Shown: piece after piece, positions 11,840 to 20,387 of the stretch | Layout: every line of letters starts with the position of its first letter | Numbering within the stretch: position 1 is the stretch's first letter | Assembly (NCBI GenBank): GCA_963789955.1 | Contig: CAWBMV010000034.1 | Span: forward strand, 736,001-800,000 | DNA from: an uncultured Candidatus Rokubacteria bacterium | GTDB taxonomy: Bacteria; Methylomirabilota; Methylomirabilia; Rokubacteriales; CSP1-6 | Reading direction: 5' to 3' | Length of the DNA stretch: 64,000 nucleotides | Position numbers and translations under genes: made by a program | Notes under the pieces: generated by a model | The model's input: the letters and a program-made list of their open reading frames with translations, nothing else | What the model was told of the DNA's origin: nothing | Database searches by the model: none

Positions 11840-12975
11840 GCGAGGTGGTCCTCGCCAACGCGCGCGTGGTCATGCGCGACGAGATCGTCCACGGCGCCGT
11901 TCATGTCGTCGCTGGACGCATCGCGGACGTGGACCCGACGCGGGCGATCGGGCCGGGGGCGATCGATCTCGAGGGCGACTACGTGATGCCCGGCATCGTC
12001 GAGCTGCACACCGACGTCCTCGAGAAGCACGCGTTTCCGCGTCCGAGCGCCCGCTGGCCGGAGGTCGCGGCGGTCGTCGCGCACGACGGGCAGCTCATCG
12101 CCGCCGGCATCACGACCGTGCTCGACAGCCTCGCGATCGGGTACGTCTACGACGGCGGCCAGCGCGCCCGCAATCCGCTCCCTCTCATTGCTGCGATCGA
12201 GCGGGGGCGGGCGGCCGGACTGCTGAAGGCCGACCACCTGCTGCATCTGCGATGCGAGGTGTCGACCGAGCACGTCGTGACCGACTTCGCGCCGCACGCC
12301 GGCAACCCGCTCGTGCGTCTCGTGTCGCTGATGGACCATTCGCCCGGCCAGCGTCAGTTCACGAACGTCGCGAAGTATCGCGAGTACAACCAGGGCAAAT
12401 ACGGATTGAGCGATGCCGAGATCGATGCGCTGATCGAGAAGCGGATCGCCGACCGGGCGAGGTACGGCGACGCCCATCGCGCCGCGCTCCTGCGACTCGC
12501 CGAGTCGGGTCGCGTGCCGCTCGCCAGCCACGACGACGCGACGACCGCTCACGTCGAGGAGGCGGTCAAGGCCGGCATGGTCATCGCGGAGTTCCCCACG
12601 ACCCTCGAGGCCGCGCGGGCGGCGAGGGCGTATGGACTGGCCGTCATCGCCGGCGCTCCCAACCTCGTGATGGGGCGGTCCCACTCCGGCAATGTCTCGG
12701 TGGGAGACCTCGCCGGGGCGGGTCTCCTCGACATCCTGTCGTCGGACTATGTGCCGGCGAGCGCGCTGCATGGCGCGTTCCTGCTCCATCAGTTGCACGC
12801 GTGGCCCTTGCCCGATGCGATCGCGTGCGTGACCTCGACGCCGGCCGAGGGGGTCGGTCTCGATGATCGCGGAGAGATCGCGCCGGGCCGATGCGCCGAT
12901 CTCCTGCGGGTGCGGGTGGTCGACGACATTCCGCTGGTCGTCGCGGTCTGGCGCGACGGACTCCGGGTTGCCTGA
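11836..12975 (+). CDS. phnM: Alpha-D-ribose 1-methylphosphonate 5-triphosphate diphosphatase
   Basis: PGIVELHTD, SLMDHSPGQRQF, LASHDD, AEFPTT, GAPN, ILSSDYVP. Confidence 0.95.
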   Translation: MSEVVLANARVVMRDEIVHGAVHVVAGRIADVDPTRAIGPGAIDLEGDYVMPGIVELHTDVLEKHAFPRPSARWPEVAAVVAHDGQLIAAGITTVLDSLAIGYVYDGGQRARNPLPLIAAIERGRAAGLLKADHLLHLRCEVSTEHVVTDFAPHAGNPLVRLVSLMDHSPGQRQFTNVAKYREYNQGKYGLSDAEIDALIEKRIADRARYGDAHRAALLRLAESGRVPLASHDDATTAHVEEAVKAGMVIAEFPTTLEAARAARAYGLAVIAGAPNLVMGRSHSGNVSVGDLAGAGLLDILSSDYVPASALHGAFLLHQLHAWPLPDAIACVTSTPAEGVGLDDRGEIAPGRCADLLRVRVVDDIPLVVAVWRDGLRVA

Positions 12976-12987
12976 GGCCCGCGGACG

Positions 12988-13887
12988 ATGGCCGCCGAGT
13001 TTCTCGACCAGCCGGTGAAGCGAGAGCCGGCGGTCGCCGGGGATCGGCGGGCCGCGGCGGCATCCGAGATCGCGGGGCTCGCCGGAAAGATCGCGCTCGA
13101 CTATTTCGAGCGCGCCGAGGTGTCCTGGAAGGCGGACGACTCGATGGTGACCGAGGCGGACGTGGCGATCCAGTCCTGGCTCGAGGACGAGATCGCCGCG
13201 GCGTTCCCGGACGACGGAATCCTGGGCGAGGAGGGGCTGACGCCCAGGAGGCTCCGGCCGGGCGCCCGCTTCGTCTGGGTCATCGATCCCGTCGACGGCA
13301 CCAACAACTTCGGCCGGGGAATCCCGGGCTTCGCGATCTCGGTCGGCGTCTTGCGCGACGGGCTGCCGTTCGCAGGTGCCGTCTACGATCCGGTCTCCAG
13401 CCAGCTCTTCACGGCATGCGTCGGCCATGGGGCGTGGCTCAACGGGCGCCGCCTCAGGGTCGAACCGGTTGCTCTGAGCTCGCGCTCGCTCTTCTCGATC
13501 CGCTCGCCCTTCTCGGGCGACGTGCCGGGCTACGTCCACGAGTGGCTCACGCGCTATCGGCTGCGCCGATTCGGATCGACCGCGCTTCAGCTATGCTACG
13601 TCGCCGCCGGTGCGCTCGCGTTGGTGCACGACCATCGCGCCTCGCTCTGGGACATTGCCGGCGCCGCCCCCGTTCTTCTCGAGGCGGGCGGCGTCCTCAC
13701 CGCCGAGAACGGCGCGCCACTGTTCCCGGTCGACCCGAACGCGTACGGCGGGGAGCCGATCGCGTTCCTCGCGGGCGATCCGACCGGGCATCAGATGAGC
13801 CTTGCCGACATCCGTCGTGCGCACGGCGGGCCGGAACGAGATCGGGCGGAGTCGCCCAGCGCTCTCGAGAGCGCTTCCGGAAGCTGA
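12988..13887 (+). CDS. Inositol monophosphatase family (FIG superfamily) phosphatase
   Basis: VTEAD, GEE, WVIDPVDGTNNF, WDIAGA motifs. Confidence 0.88.
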   Translation: MAAEFLDQPVKREPAVAGDRRAAAASEIAGLAGKIALDYFERAEVSWKADDSMVTEADVAIQSWLEDEIAAAFPDDGILGEEGLTPRRLRPGARFVWVIDPVDGTNNFGRGIPGFAISVGVLRDGLPFAGAVYDPVSSQLFTACVGHGAWLNGRRLRVEPVALSSRSLFSIRSPFSGDVPGYVHEWLTRYRLRRFGSTALQLCYVAAGALALVHDHRASLWDIAGAAPVLLEAGGVLTAENGAPLFPVDPNAYGGEPIAFLAGDPTGHQMSLADIRRAHGGPERDRAESPSALESASGS

Positions 13888-13923
13888 CACGGCTTCTCCG
13901 TTCCCGATGGCCGGGCCGGGGAA

Positions 13924-13967
13924 TTTCACGCTTCCGTCATCATTTCGTAACGATCCGCGTAGACCAT
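13924..13967 (+). promoter_or_regulatory. Pho-box-like promoter
   Basis: TTTCAC(13924), CGTCAT(13935), CGTAAC(13946) at 11-bp period, then GACCAT(13962). Confidence 0.65.
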
Positions 13968-14703
13968 GCCGGCCATGATCGAGTTGCTCGGAGTCGGCGC
14001 GCCTCGAGAGGACGGCGGCTGGAGGCTCCATCGCGTCTGCGCGAGCTTCCAGCGGGGCGAGGTGACTCTCGTCGTCTCGCGTCTGCCCGAGGAGCGGGAT
14101 GCGCTGCTGGACGCGGTCGCCGCCCGTATCGTTCCCGACGAGGGGCGCGTCTGGGTTTCTCACGTGCCGGTGTCGCGCGACACGGTCCGCCGCATCCGTG
14201 GAATGGTCGTGGAAGCCGACGTGCACGCCCGGCCGGTCGAGCATCGCTCGCTGCTCTGGAACGTGCTCGTCGCCGGCAAGTCCGGACATCGCGCGCTCCC
14301 CGGGCTCTTGCGCCTGCCGCGCAAGTCGGAGCGCCTCGCCGCGAGGCGCGCGCTCGAGCGCGTCGGGCTGGCAGGTCGTGAGGTCGAGACCGCATCCGGC
14401 CTCGGCGCGGTCGATCGGGCGCGGCTCGCGCTCGCGAGCGCGCTGGTGACGACGCCGGAGGTGCTGGTGGCGCGCGAGATCGATCGCGGGCTCGACGGCG
14501 CCGAGGCGGCGACCGTGCGCGCCCTGCTACGATCGCTCGCTCATCGCGAGCGGCTCGCGGTGCTGGCCAGCGCCGCCACGCCGGCCGCCGCGTCGGACTT
14601 CGCGGATCGTCTCGTCGCGATCGCCGACGGTCTGCTCGTCTTCGACGGCGCGCCGGCCGACTTCGGCGGTCAGCGCGTCGCCTGGCGCTTCGGCACCGCG
14701 TAG
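13966..14703 (+). CDS. Degenerate PhnC-like ABC ATPase domain protein lacking catalytic motifs (start may be ATG 13975)
   Basis: ABC layout kept (SLLWNVL, ALERVGL, FADRLVAIADGLLVFDG), but Walker A, signature and Walker B positions read SRLPEERD, LGAVDRAR and VARE. Confidence 0.75.
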   Translation: MPAMIELLGVGAPREDGGWRLHRVCASFQRGEVTLVVSRLPEERDALLDAVAARIVPDEGRVWVSHVPVSRDTVRRIRGMVVEADVHARPVEHRSLLWNVLVAGKSGHRALPGLLRLPRKSERLAARRALERVGLAGREVETASGLGAVDRARLALASALVTTPEVLVAREIDRGLDGAEAATVRALLRSLAHRERLAVLASAATPAAASDFADRLVAIADGLLVFDGAPADFGGQRVAWRFGTA

Positions 14704-14733
14704 TCCCGCCCGGCACCTCCGAGCACTTTTTAC

Positions 14734-14913
14734 TTGTCCACACTGTCCACAGGGCAACCCCCCGTCTGTCCCCAGCAACACACTATTTGCGGTCCTGTAA
14801 TACCCAAGCAACAATATATTGGGTACGCTGGGCCGGTGCTCACGCGTACGACCGGTTCCCTTCGGGTTGGTGGTTGTTTTGCAGTGTGGATGGCTGTGGA
14901 CAACTGTGGATGA
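14734..14913. promoter_or_regulatory. Cluster of DnaA-box-like 9-mers flanking an AT-rich core with an NrdR-box-like palindrome
   Basis: TTGTCCACA(14734), CTGTCCACA(14743), CTGTCCCCA(14766); opposite orientation TGTGGATGG(14885), TGTGGACAA(14895), TGTGGATGA(14905); CAATATATTG(14812). Confidence 0.6.
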
Positions 14914-14936
14914 TTCTCCGAGAGGAGGCGAACGGT

Positions 14937-15737
14937 TTGAAGCGGATCGATACCCACTCGCACCCGAAGATGTCCAAGCACTTCAAGTTCGACCCGAGGT
15001 CGGTGGAGCGCATGGTGCGCATGGCCGGACGGGTCGGGCTCGACGGTCTCGCGCTCACCGAGCATTTCCACGGGACGGATTTCTGGGCGGTCCACGAGCA
15101 TCTCGAGCGCACGTATCCGGTCGAGGGCGGCGTCTTCTGGGCCGGGAACGGCTCGCGCTGATTCCGGGAGCCGAGATCAACATCCGCGAGGGCGCGCACG
15201 TCATCGTCCTCGGTGAGGTCGCCGAGCTGCGCCGGCTCGATCGCGCGTTTCCCGAGTGGCTGTCGCACCGCTACGAGCCGACCCTGCGCGAGTTCCTCGA
15301 CGTCAGCGAATACTTCGACGTCGCGCGAATCGGCGCGCACATGTTCCGTCCGAAGAAAGAGCTCGGAAAATTCCGCATCGACGATCTGCGGCGACTGCAC
15401 GCGCTCGAGGTGAACGGCAAGGATTTCGGGACGGAGGTCATGTTGCTCGTGCAAGCGCGCGCGCTCGGCTTGCCGATCGTCGCGGGAAGCGACGCGCATC
15501 ACTGGCTCCAGCTCGGCGTTCGCCACACGCTCGATGCACGTCGACGAGATCAGAATCGCGAGCGTGTTGAAGACGATCAGAGAGGGCTTGACGGGCTTTG
15601 CAACATCCCCCTATACTCCGCTCCGCGTCAGGGGCGCTAAGTCCCTGAAAAACATTACGAAACTGTTACGAAAATGTTACGGCAGAGTGATCGCGAGCGG
15701 AACCCCGCGGCCTGCAGTCTCGACCGCCAGCAGCTGA
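14937..15737 (+). CDS. PHP-domain metal-dependent phosphoesterase (frameshifts near 15150 and 15530)
   Basis: TTG start after GAGGAGG; DTHSH, ALTEH, GAEI, AHMFR, EVNG, GSDAH PHP motifs. Confidence 0.85.
15654..15681 (-). promoter_or_regulatory. Inverted Pho-box-like triple repeat inside the 3' end of the PHP gene, upstream of the amphi-Trp genes
   Basis: ATTACG(15654), GTTACG(15665), GTTACG(15676) read CGTAAC/CGTAAC/CGTAAT on the minus strand; 11-bp period with A/T-rich spacers. Confidence 0.65.
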
Positions 15738-15898
15738 TTGCCCCGTAACTGATGCCCCGGGAAGCGGCCGGCCGGGGCGAGATCGTAGCCGAAGCCGCTC
15801 GCAGACCGTCAGTCGAGAACCGCCAACTACGAAGGCCGTCGCACCCGTACCGCCGCCGGAGACCACGACGCTCGGCGCGGCCGGCCCAGAGGGAGCAG

Positions 15899-16171
15899 GT
15901 GAGCGCCGCGATTCCGGCGAAGTTCCACGCTCGAGCGCGCCGGGACGCCGCGGCGTTCTATCTGACGCAGCTGGCCAAAGGAGTCCTCGCGGGCGAGCTG
16001 GCGATCGCCGTCGGAGATCAGCAGATCCAGCTCGCGACGTCCGAGTTCGTGATTCTGAAGATCGAGGCCAAGCAGCGGAAGCGCGCGAACCACGTCAGCG
16101 TCAAGCTTCGATGGCCGAGGCGTCCACTGATCCGGGTCGCTGCGGCAAGGGGAGATCGTGATGGGAGATAG
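15899..16171 (+). CDS. Amphi-Trp domain protein 1
   Basis: Amphipathic helix AAAFYLTQLAKGVLAGEL, beta-strands, terminal KLRW. Confidence 0.75.
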   Translation: MSAAIPAKFHARARRDAAAFYLTQLAKGVLAGELAIAVGDQQIQLATSEFVILKIEAKQRKRANHVSVKLRWPRRPLIRVAAARGDRDGR

Positions 16172-16418
16172 CCGGGAGTTCGAGTTCGAAGGTGCCGCAA
16201 CGCCCTCGGAGGCCGCCGACGCGCTGAACCGTATCGCGGACGGGATCCGGGCACGCTCGCTGTCGCTCTCGATGGGCGAGGAAGAGATCACCGTCTATCC
16301 GGACGGCGACCTCGCGATGGAGATCGAGGCGAGCGAGAAGAAGGGAAAGGCGAAGATCGAGATCGCCATCGCCTGGAAGCGCGCCAAGCCAGATGACGAC
16401 GATGAGGACGAGGACTAG
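16161..16418 (+). CDS. Amphi-Trp domain protein 2 with acidic tail
   Basis: EAADALNRIADGIRARSL...IEIAIAWKR, C-terminus DDDDEDED. Confidence 0.85.
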   Translation: MGDSREFEFEGAATPSEAADALNRIADGIRARSLSLSMGEEEITVYPDGDLAMEIEASEKKGKAKIEIAIAWKRAKPDDDDEDED

Positions 16419-16435
16419 GCCGAAAGGGGCTCACG

Positions 16436-16717
16436 ATGGCAAAGAACAGCGTTCAGTTCGCCCGGATCGCGTCGCCCGAGGAGATCGCGGAGTATCTCAC
16501 GTCGCTGGCCGTCGGGCTCAAGCGGGGTGAGATCAGCCTCGAGTCCGGCGAGCGCTCGCTCCATCTGTCGCCCGCGAGCGACGTCAAGCTCGAGCTGAAG
16601 GTGGGACAGAAGGAGCGCAAGGGCCGCATCGAGCTCGAGATCGGCTGGAAGCGCTCGACGGCGGCGAAGACGTCCGAGCTGCGCGTGGCGGTCGGGCAGC
16701 GCCCGGCGCGCGCGTAG
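16436..16717 (+). CDS. Amphi-Trp domain protein 3
   Basis: EIAEYLTSLAVGLKRGEI...IELEIGWKR. Confidence 0.85.
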   Translation: MAKNSVQFARIASPEEIAEYLTSLAVGLKRGEISLESGERSLHLSPASDVKLELKVGQKERKGRIELEIGWKRSTAAKTSELRVAVGQRPARA

Positions 16718-16766
16718 CCGTTTCCCGCTCCGCTCCGCGACCCGATCCCGGATCAGACATCGATCC

Positions 16767-18365
16767 GTGACTAGCGTCCTGCGCGAAGACCTGGGCCAGG
16801 ACCTCGCCATGATGGCGCGGCTCGTCCAGTCGCAGCTCATCCGCGGCATGACGGCCTTCTTCCAGCGCGACGCGCGGCTCGCCGAGCAGGTGACCCAGAA
16901 GGACGACCAGGTCGACAACCTGCTCGGCCTCATCGAGGTGAAGTGCTTCGAGCGCATCGCCGGCGAGGAGCCCAACGGCGTGCGCTCGCGCCAGCTCCGC
17001 GGCGTCTTCCGGGTCGCGCTGAACCTCGAGAAGCTCGGCGACTACGCCGTCAACATCGCCGAGCAGGCGGTGCACGTCTCGCGCCTCAAGGCCCGTCCGA
17101 TCCCGTTCGACCTGGCCGGGCCGGCGCGCGTCGCGCTGGCCGCGCTCGACGAGGTCATCACCGCCTTCACCGACGCCAGCGCCGAGAAGGCCAAGCACGC
17201 CTGCCGCTGCGAGGTCGAGCTCGACCGGCAGTACCGCGATGCGCTGCAGGAAGCGTTTCGCCGCCTCGCGCAGCCGCACCCGGACCCGGCGTTCGTGATC
17301 ACGAACCTCTTCGTCGCGAAATTCCTCGAGCGGATCGGCGACTCGATCCTGAACATCGGCGAGACGACGCTCTTCATCCTGACCGGCGAGCGGCTCAAGC
17401 TGCATCAGTACCTGCACCTCGAGCAGGTGGCCGGTGCGCTCGCCCCGCACGGGGAGGGCGCGCTCGACTTCCGCCAGATCTGGGGCGGCATCAGCGGGGC
17501 GCGGGTCGGCCGGCTCGCGGTCGGCCAGAGCGAGCCGCTGATCTGGAAGGAGGGCGACGAGCGGAAGATCGACGAAGAGATCCGCGAGATGGACGCGTGG
17601 AACCGGATCGTCCCCGGGCTCGTGCCCGACGTCAAGGCGCGCCATCGCGAGGAGGGCCGGCTCTCGTTCCTGGGCCAGTTCCTGCGCGGGAGCCTGCTGC
17701 GCGACATCTACATCACCCGGACCTGGGACGACAAGGTCCGCGCCACTCGCCGGCTCCTCGAGACCGTCCGCGACATCTGGTCGACCACGCTCGTGAAGGA
17801 GCCGCCGCGAATCGACTACGCCCGGCAGATCCGCGAGCGGCTGCCCGAGCTCTTCGCGCTCCACCCGAAGCTCGAGACCTTGCGCGGCGGCGAGAGCCGC
17901 GTGTTCGGGATCGCCCACGGCTCGCTGGCCGATCTGCTCGAGCGCGCCGCCGAGCTCGAGGCCTCGCTGGCGCCGCCGGTCTCGGTCCGGCTCCACGGCG
18001 ACTTCAACGCCAACAACGTGGTCTACGACGCCGAGTCGGACCGCGTGCACTTCATCGACGTGCACCGGAGCGGTCACGGCGACTACCTGCAAGACATCGG
18101 CGTGCTGCTGGTCTCGAACGTGCGCAATCCGATCGAGGACGGGCGCGTCGCCGGCGACCTGGCGCGGCTCAACGACCGCATTCGCGAGTTCGCGCTCGAG
18201 TTCGCCCGCCGGATCGGCGACGACCACTTCGAGACGCGGCTGACGCTCTCGCAGGCGCGCTCGTTCATCACCTCGGGTCGCGTCGTGGCCGACTTCGAGT
18301 TCGCGCGGTCGATCTTCCTGCAGGGCGTGCGTCTGCTCGAGCGCGCGACCGCGCTCGCCGCGTGA
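16767..18365 (+). CDS. PhoU-domain / aminoglycoside-phosphotransferase-like kinase fusion
   Basis: N-terminal PhoU repeats (DDQVDNL, LEKLGDYAVNIAE, LERIGDSILNIGE); C-terminal HGDFNANN and FIDVH kinase motifs. Confidence 0.85.
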   Translation: MTSVLREDLGQDLAMMARLVQSQLIRGMTAFFQRDARLAEQVTQKDDQVDNLLGLIEVKCFERIAGEEPNGVRSRQLRGVFRVALNLEKLGDYAVNIAEQAVHVSRLKARPIPFDLAGPARVALAALDEVITAFTDASAEKAKHACRCEVELDRQYRDALQEAFRRLAQPHPDPAFVITNLFVAKFLERIGDSILNIGETTLFILTGERLKLHQYLHLEQVAGALAPHGEGALDFRQIWGGISGARVGRLAVGQSEPLIWKEGDERKIDEEIREMDAWNRIVPGLVPDVKARHREEGRLSFLGQFLRGSLLRDIYITRTWDDKVRATRRLLETVRDIWSTTLVKEPPRIDYARQIRERLPELFALHPKLETLRGGESRVFGIAHGSLADLLERAAELEASLAPPVSVRLHGDFNANNVVYDAESDRVHFIDVHRSGHGDYLQDIGVLLVSNVRNPIEDGRVAGDLARLNDRIREFALEFARRIGDDHFETRLTLSQARSFITSGRVVADFEFARSIFLQGVRLLERATALAA

Positions 18366-19252
18366 AGATCGCCGTCGTCGGCCAGCCGGGCGCGTGGTCC
18401 ACCGAGCGTCTGGCGGACGCGCTGCGCGCCTGCGGGACGGAAGCCACGGTCGTCGATCTCGCCGCCTGCAGCCTGCGACTTCCAGATCGACGGCTCTTCC
18501 ATCGCGGCGAGCCGCTCGAGGGGCTCGACGGCGCCGTCGTCAAGAAGCTCGGCGACACCGCCGACGGCTGGAGCGTCCAGGAGCGCATCGGCATGTTGCG
18601 TCACCTGGAGGCCGCGGGTGTTCCGGTGCTGAGCGCCCCGGATTGCCTCCACGTCGCGGTGAACCGCTATCGCATGACCGCGGAGCTCGTCCGGGCCGGG
18701 CTGCCGGTGCCGCCGACGACGATCACGGAAGACGTCGACGAAGCGGCGGCCGCCGTCGCGCGCTTCGGCACCGCCGTGATCAAGCCGTTGTTCACCTCGA
18801 AGGGCCGCGGCATGCGCCGGCTCGAGCCGACGCGCGAGCTCCGCCGCGAGCTCGAGTCGCATCGCGACGGCGGGCTCGGGCCGTTCTATCTCCAGCGCTT
18901 CGTGAAGCATCCCGGACGCGACCTCGGCGTGGCCGTGCTCGACGGACAGTGCATCGGCGCCTACTGGCGGGTCGCCGCCGGCGATCAGTGGATGACGACG
19001 ATCCTCTCCGGCGGCCACTACGAGAAGGCGGACATCACGCCCGAGACGGCGGCGATGGCCGTGGCCGCCGCGCGGCACTTCGGCCTGGTCTTCACGGGCG
19101 TCGACCTGATCGAAGATCCGGACGGACGCTTCACCGTGCTCGAGGTCAGCGCGTTCGGCGGATTTCGTGGACTCTTGAAGGGCTGCGGAGTCGACGCGGC
19201 GCCGATGCTCGCCGACGTCGTGCTACGCCGCTTCCGCGAGGCGCGAGGTTGA
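18362..19252 (+). CDS. GAK-system ATP-grasp enzyme (RimK-like)
   Basis: VIKPLFTSKGRGM, FYLQRFV, GVDL, LEVSAFGGFRGL; GTGA coupling to the upstream gene. Confidence 0.85.
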   Translation: MKIAVVGQPGAWSTERLADALRACGTEATVVDLAACSLRLPDRRLFHRGEPLEGLDGAVVKKLGDTADGWSVQERIGMLRHLEAAGVPVLSAPDCLHVAVNRYRMTAELVRAGLPVPPTTITEDVDEAAAAVARFGTAVIKPLFTSKGRGMRRLEPTRELRRELESHRDGGLGPFYLQRFVKHPGRDLGVAVLDGQCIGAYWRVAAGDQWMTTILSGGHYEKADITPETAAMAVAAARHFGLVFTGVDLIEDPDGRFTVLEVSAFGGFRGLLKGCGVDAAPMLADVVLRRFREARG

Positions 19253-20299
19253 GCCCCGAATCTCTCATCGAGGCGATCGAGACACCGCACAGCCTCTCGC
19301 TCTGCTTCGCGGAGGTGCCGATCCAGGTCAAGACCAACGATCCCGAGGTCCGGGCTCGGCTCGCGTCGTACTTCCGTCCCTATGTGGTCAGCGGCCGTCC
19401 GCCTCTGGCGGAAGTCAGTCTGATCCAGGGGTCTCTGCCGATCCCCGGCGAGTTCGCGGACCTGGCGCGGGAAGGAGGCCGGCGGCCGAAGGAGGCGACG
19501 CAGGAGGTCGCCGGCGGGCGCCTGATCCTCAAGCGGGCGACAGGAGTTCTGATCGGGCTCTGGCCCGGCGGCGCCTTCGCGGCCGGCGACATCCGCGCGA
19601 ATCTGAACCAGGGCATCAACCTCGTCAACAACTGTTACGCCAAGATCGTGCTCCGCCGAGGACACGCGCTGCTCCACGCCTCCGCCGTGTCGCGCGACGG
19701 GCGCACCGCGGTGCTGGCCGGTCCGCCCGGGGCGGGGAAGTCCACCTCCGCGCTCCATCTCGTCGAGGCCGGTTTCCGCTGTCTCTCGAACGATCGGGTC
19801 CTCGCCAAGCCGATGGCGGACATGGTGGAAGCGCTCGGCTATCCCAAGCAGCCCCGCGTCAACCCGGGCACGCTCCTCGGCCATCCGCGGTTATCGGCGC
19901 TGCTCGAGCCGGCCGACTGCGCCGCGCTCGCCGCGCTGCCCGCGGGTGAGCTGTGGGAGCTCGAGCGGAAATCGGACGTGGACCTCGACAGCGTCTACGG
20001 CCCCGGCACCGTCGACCTGCGCGGTCGCATGGAAGCCCTGGTGCTCTTGAAGTGGCGGCGGGACGGGCGAGGGCTCGACGTCCGCCGGCTCTCGGCCGAC
20101 GACGCGCTCGAGGCCCTGCCGCTCGTCTACAAGAACCTCGGCGCCTTCGACCTCGACCGCGCTCCCCGGTGCCGCGATGACCGACGCCGAGCGCGAAGCG
20201 TTCCGCGAGCTATTCGGTCGGGTCGCAGTGGTCGAGGTCACCGGCGGGGTCGATTTCGGCGGGCTCGTCGGCGTCGTCGACAAGCTCCTGTCCGTCTGA
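19249..20299 (+). CDS. HprK-related kinase B (frameshift near 20165)
   Basis: LHASAV, GPPGAGKST, LSNDR, PKQPRVNPGT, LERKSDVD. Confidence 0.85.
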
Positions 20300-20323
20300 G
20301 ACCTCTCGACTCCGCCGGGCACC

Positions 20324-20379
20324 TGTCACCCAAGATTTACCCGTCCGTCATCGTCCCGTAACCCCCTCGAGCCGACACT
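20324..20379 (+). promoter_or_regulatory. Pho-box-like promoter of phoB (autoregulation)
   Basis: TGTCAC(20324), ATTTAC(20335), CGTCAT(20346), CGTAAC(20357) at 11-bp period, then GACACT(20374). Confidence 0.7.
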
Positions 20380-20387
20380 CCTGAGCG

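Noticed and set aside
11428..13539. Long antisense ORFs (also 16584-18227, 37481-39025, 54248-55879, 55656-57761)
   Set aside because: These are shadow frames of high-GC genes with no recognisable motifs.
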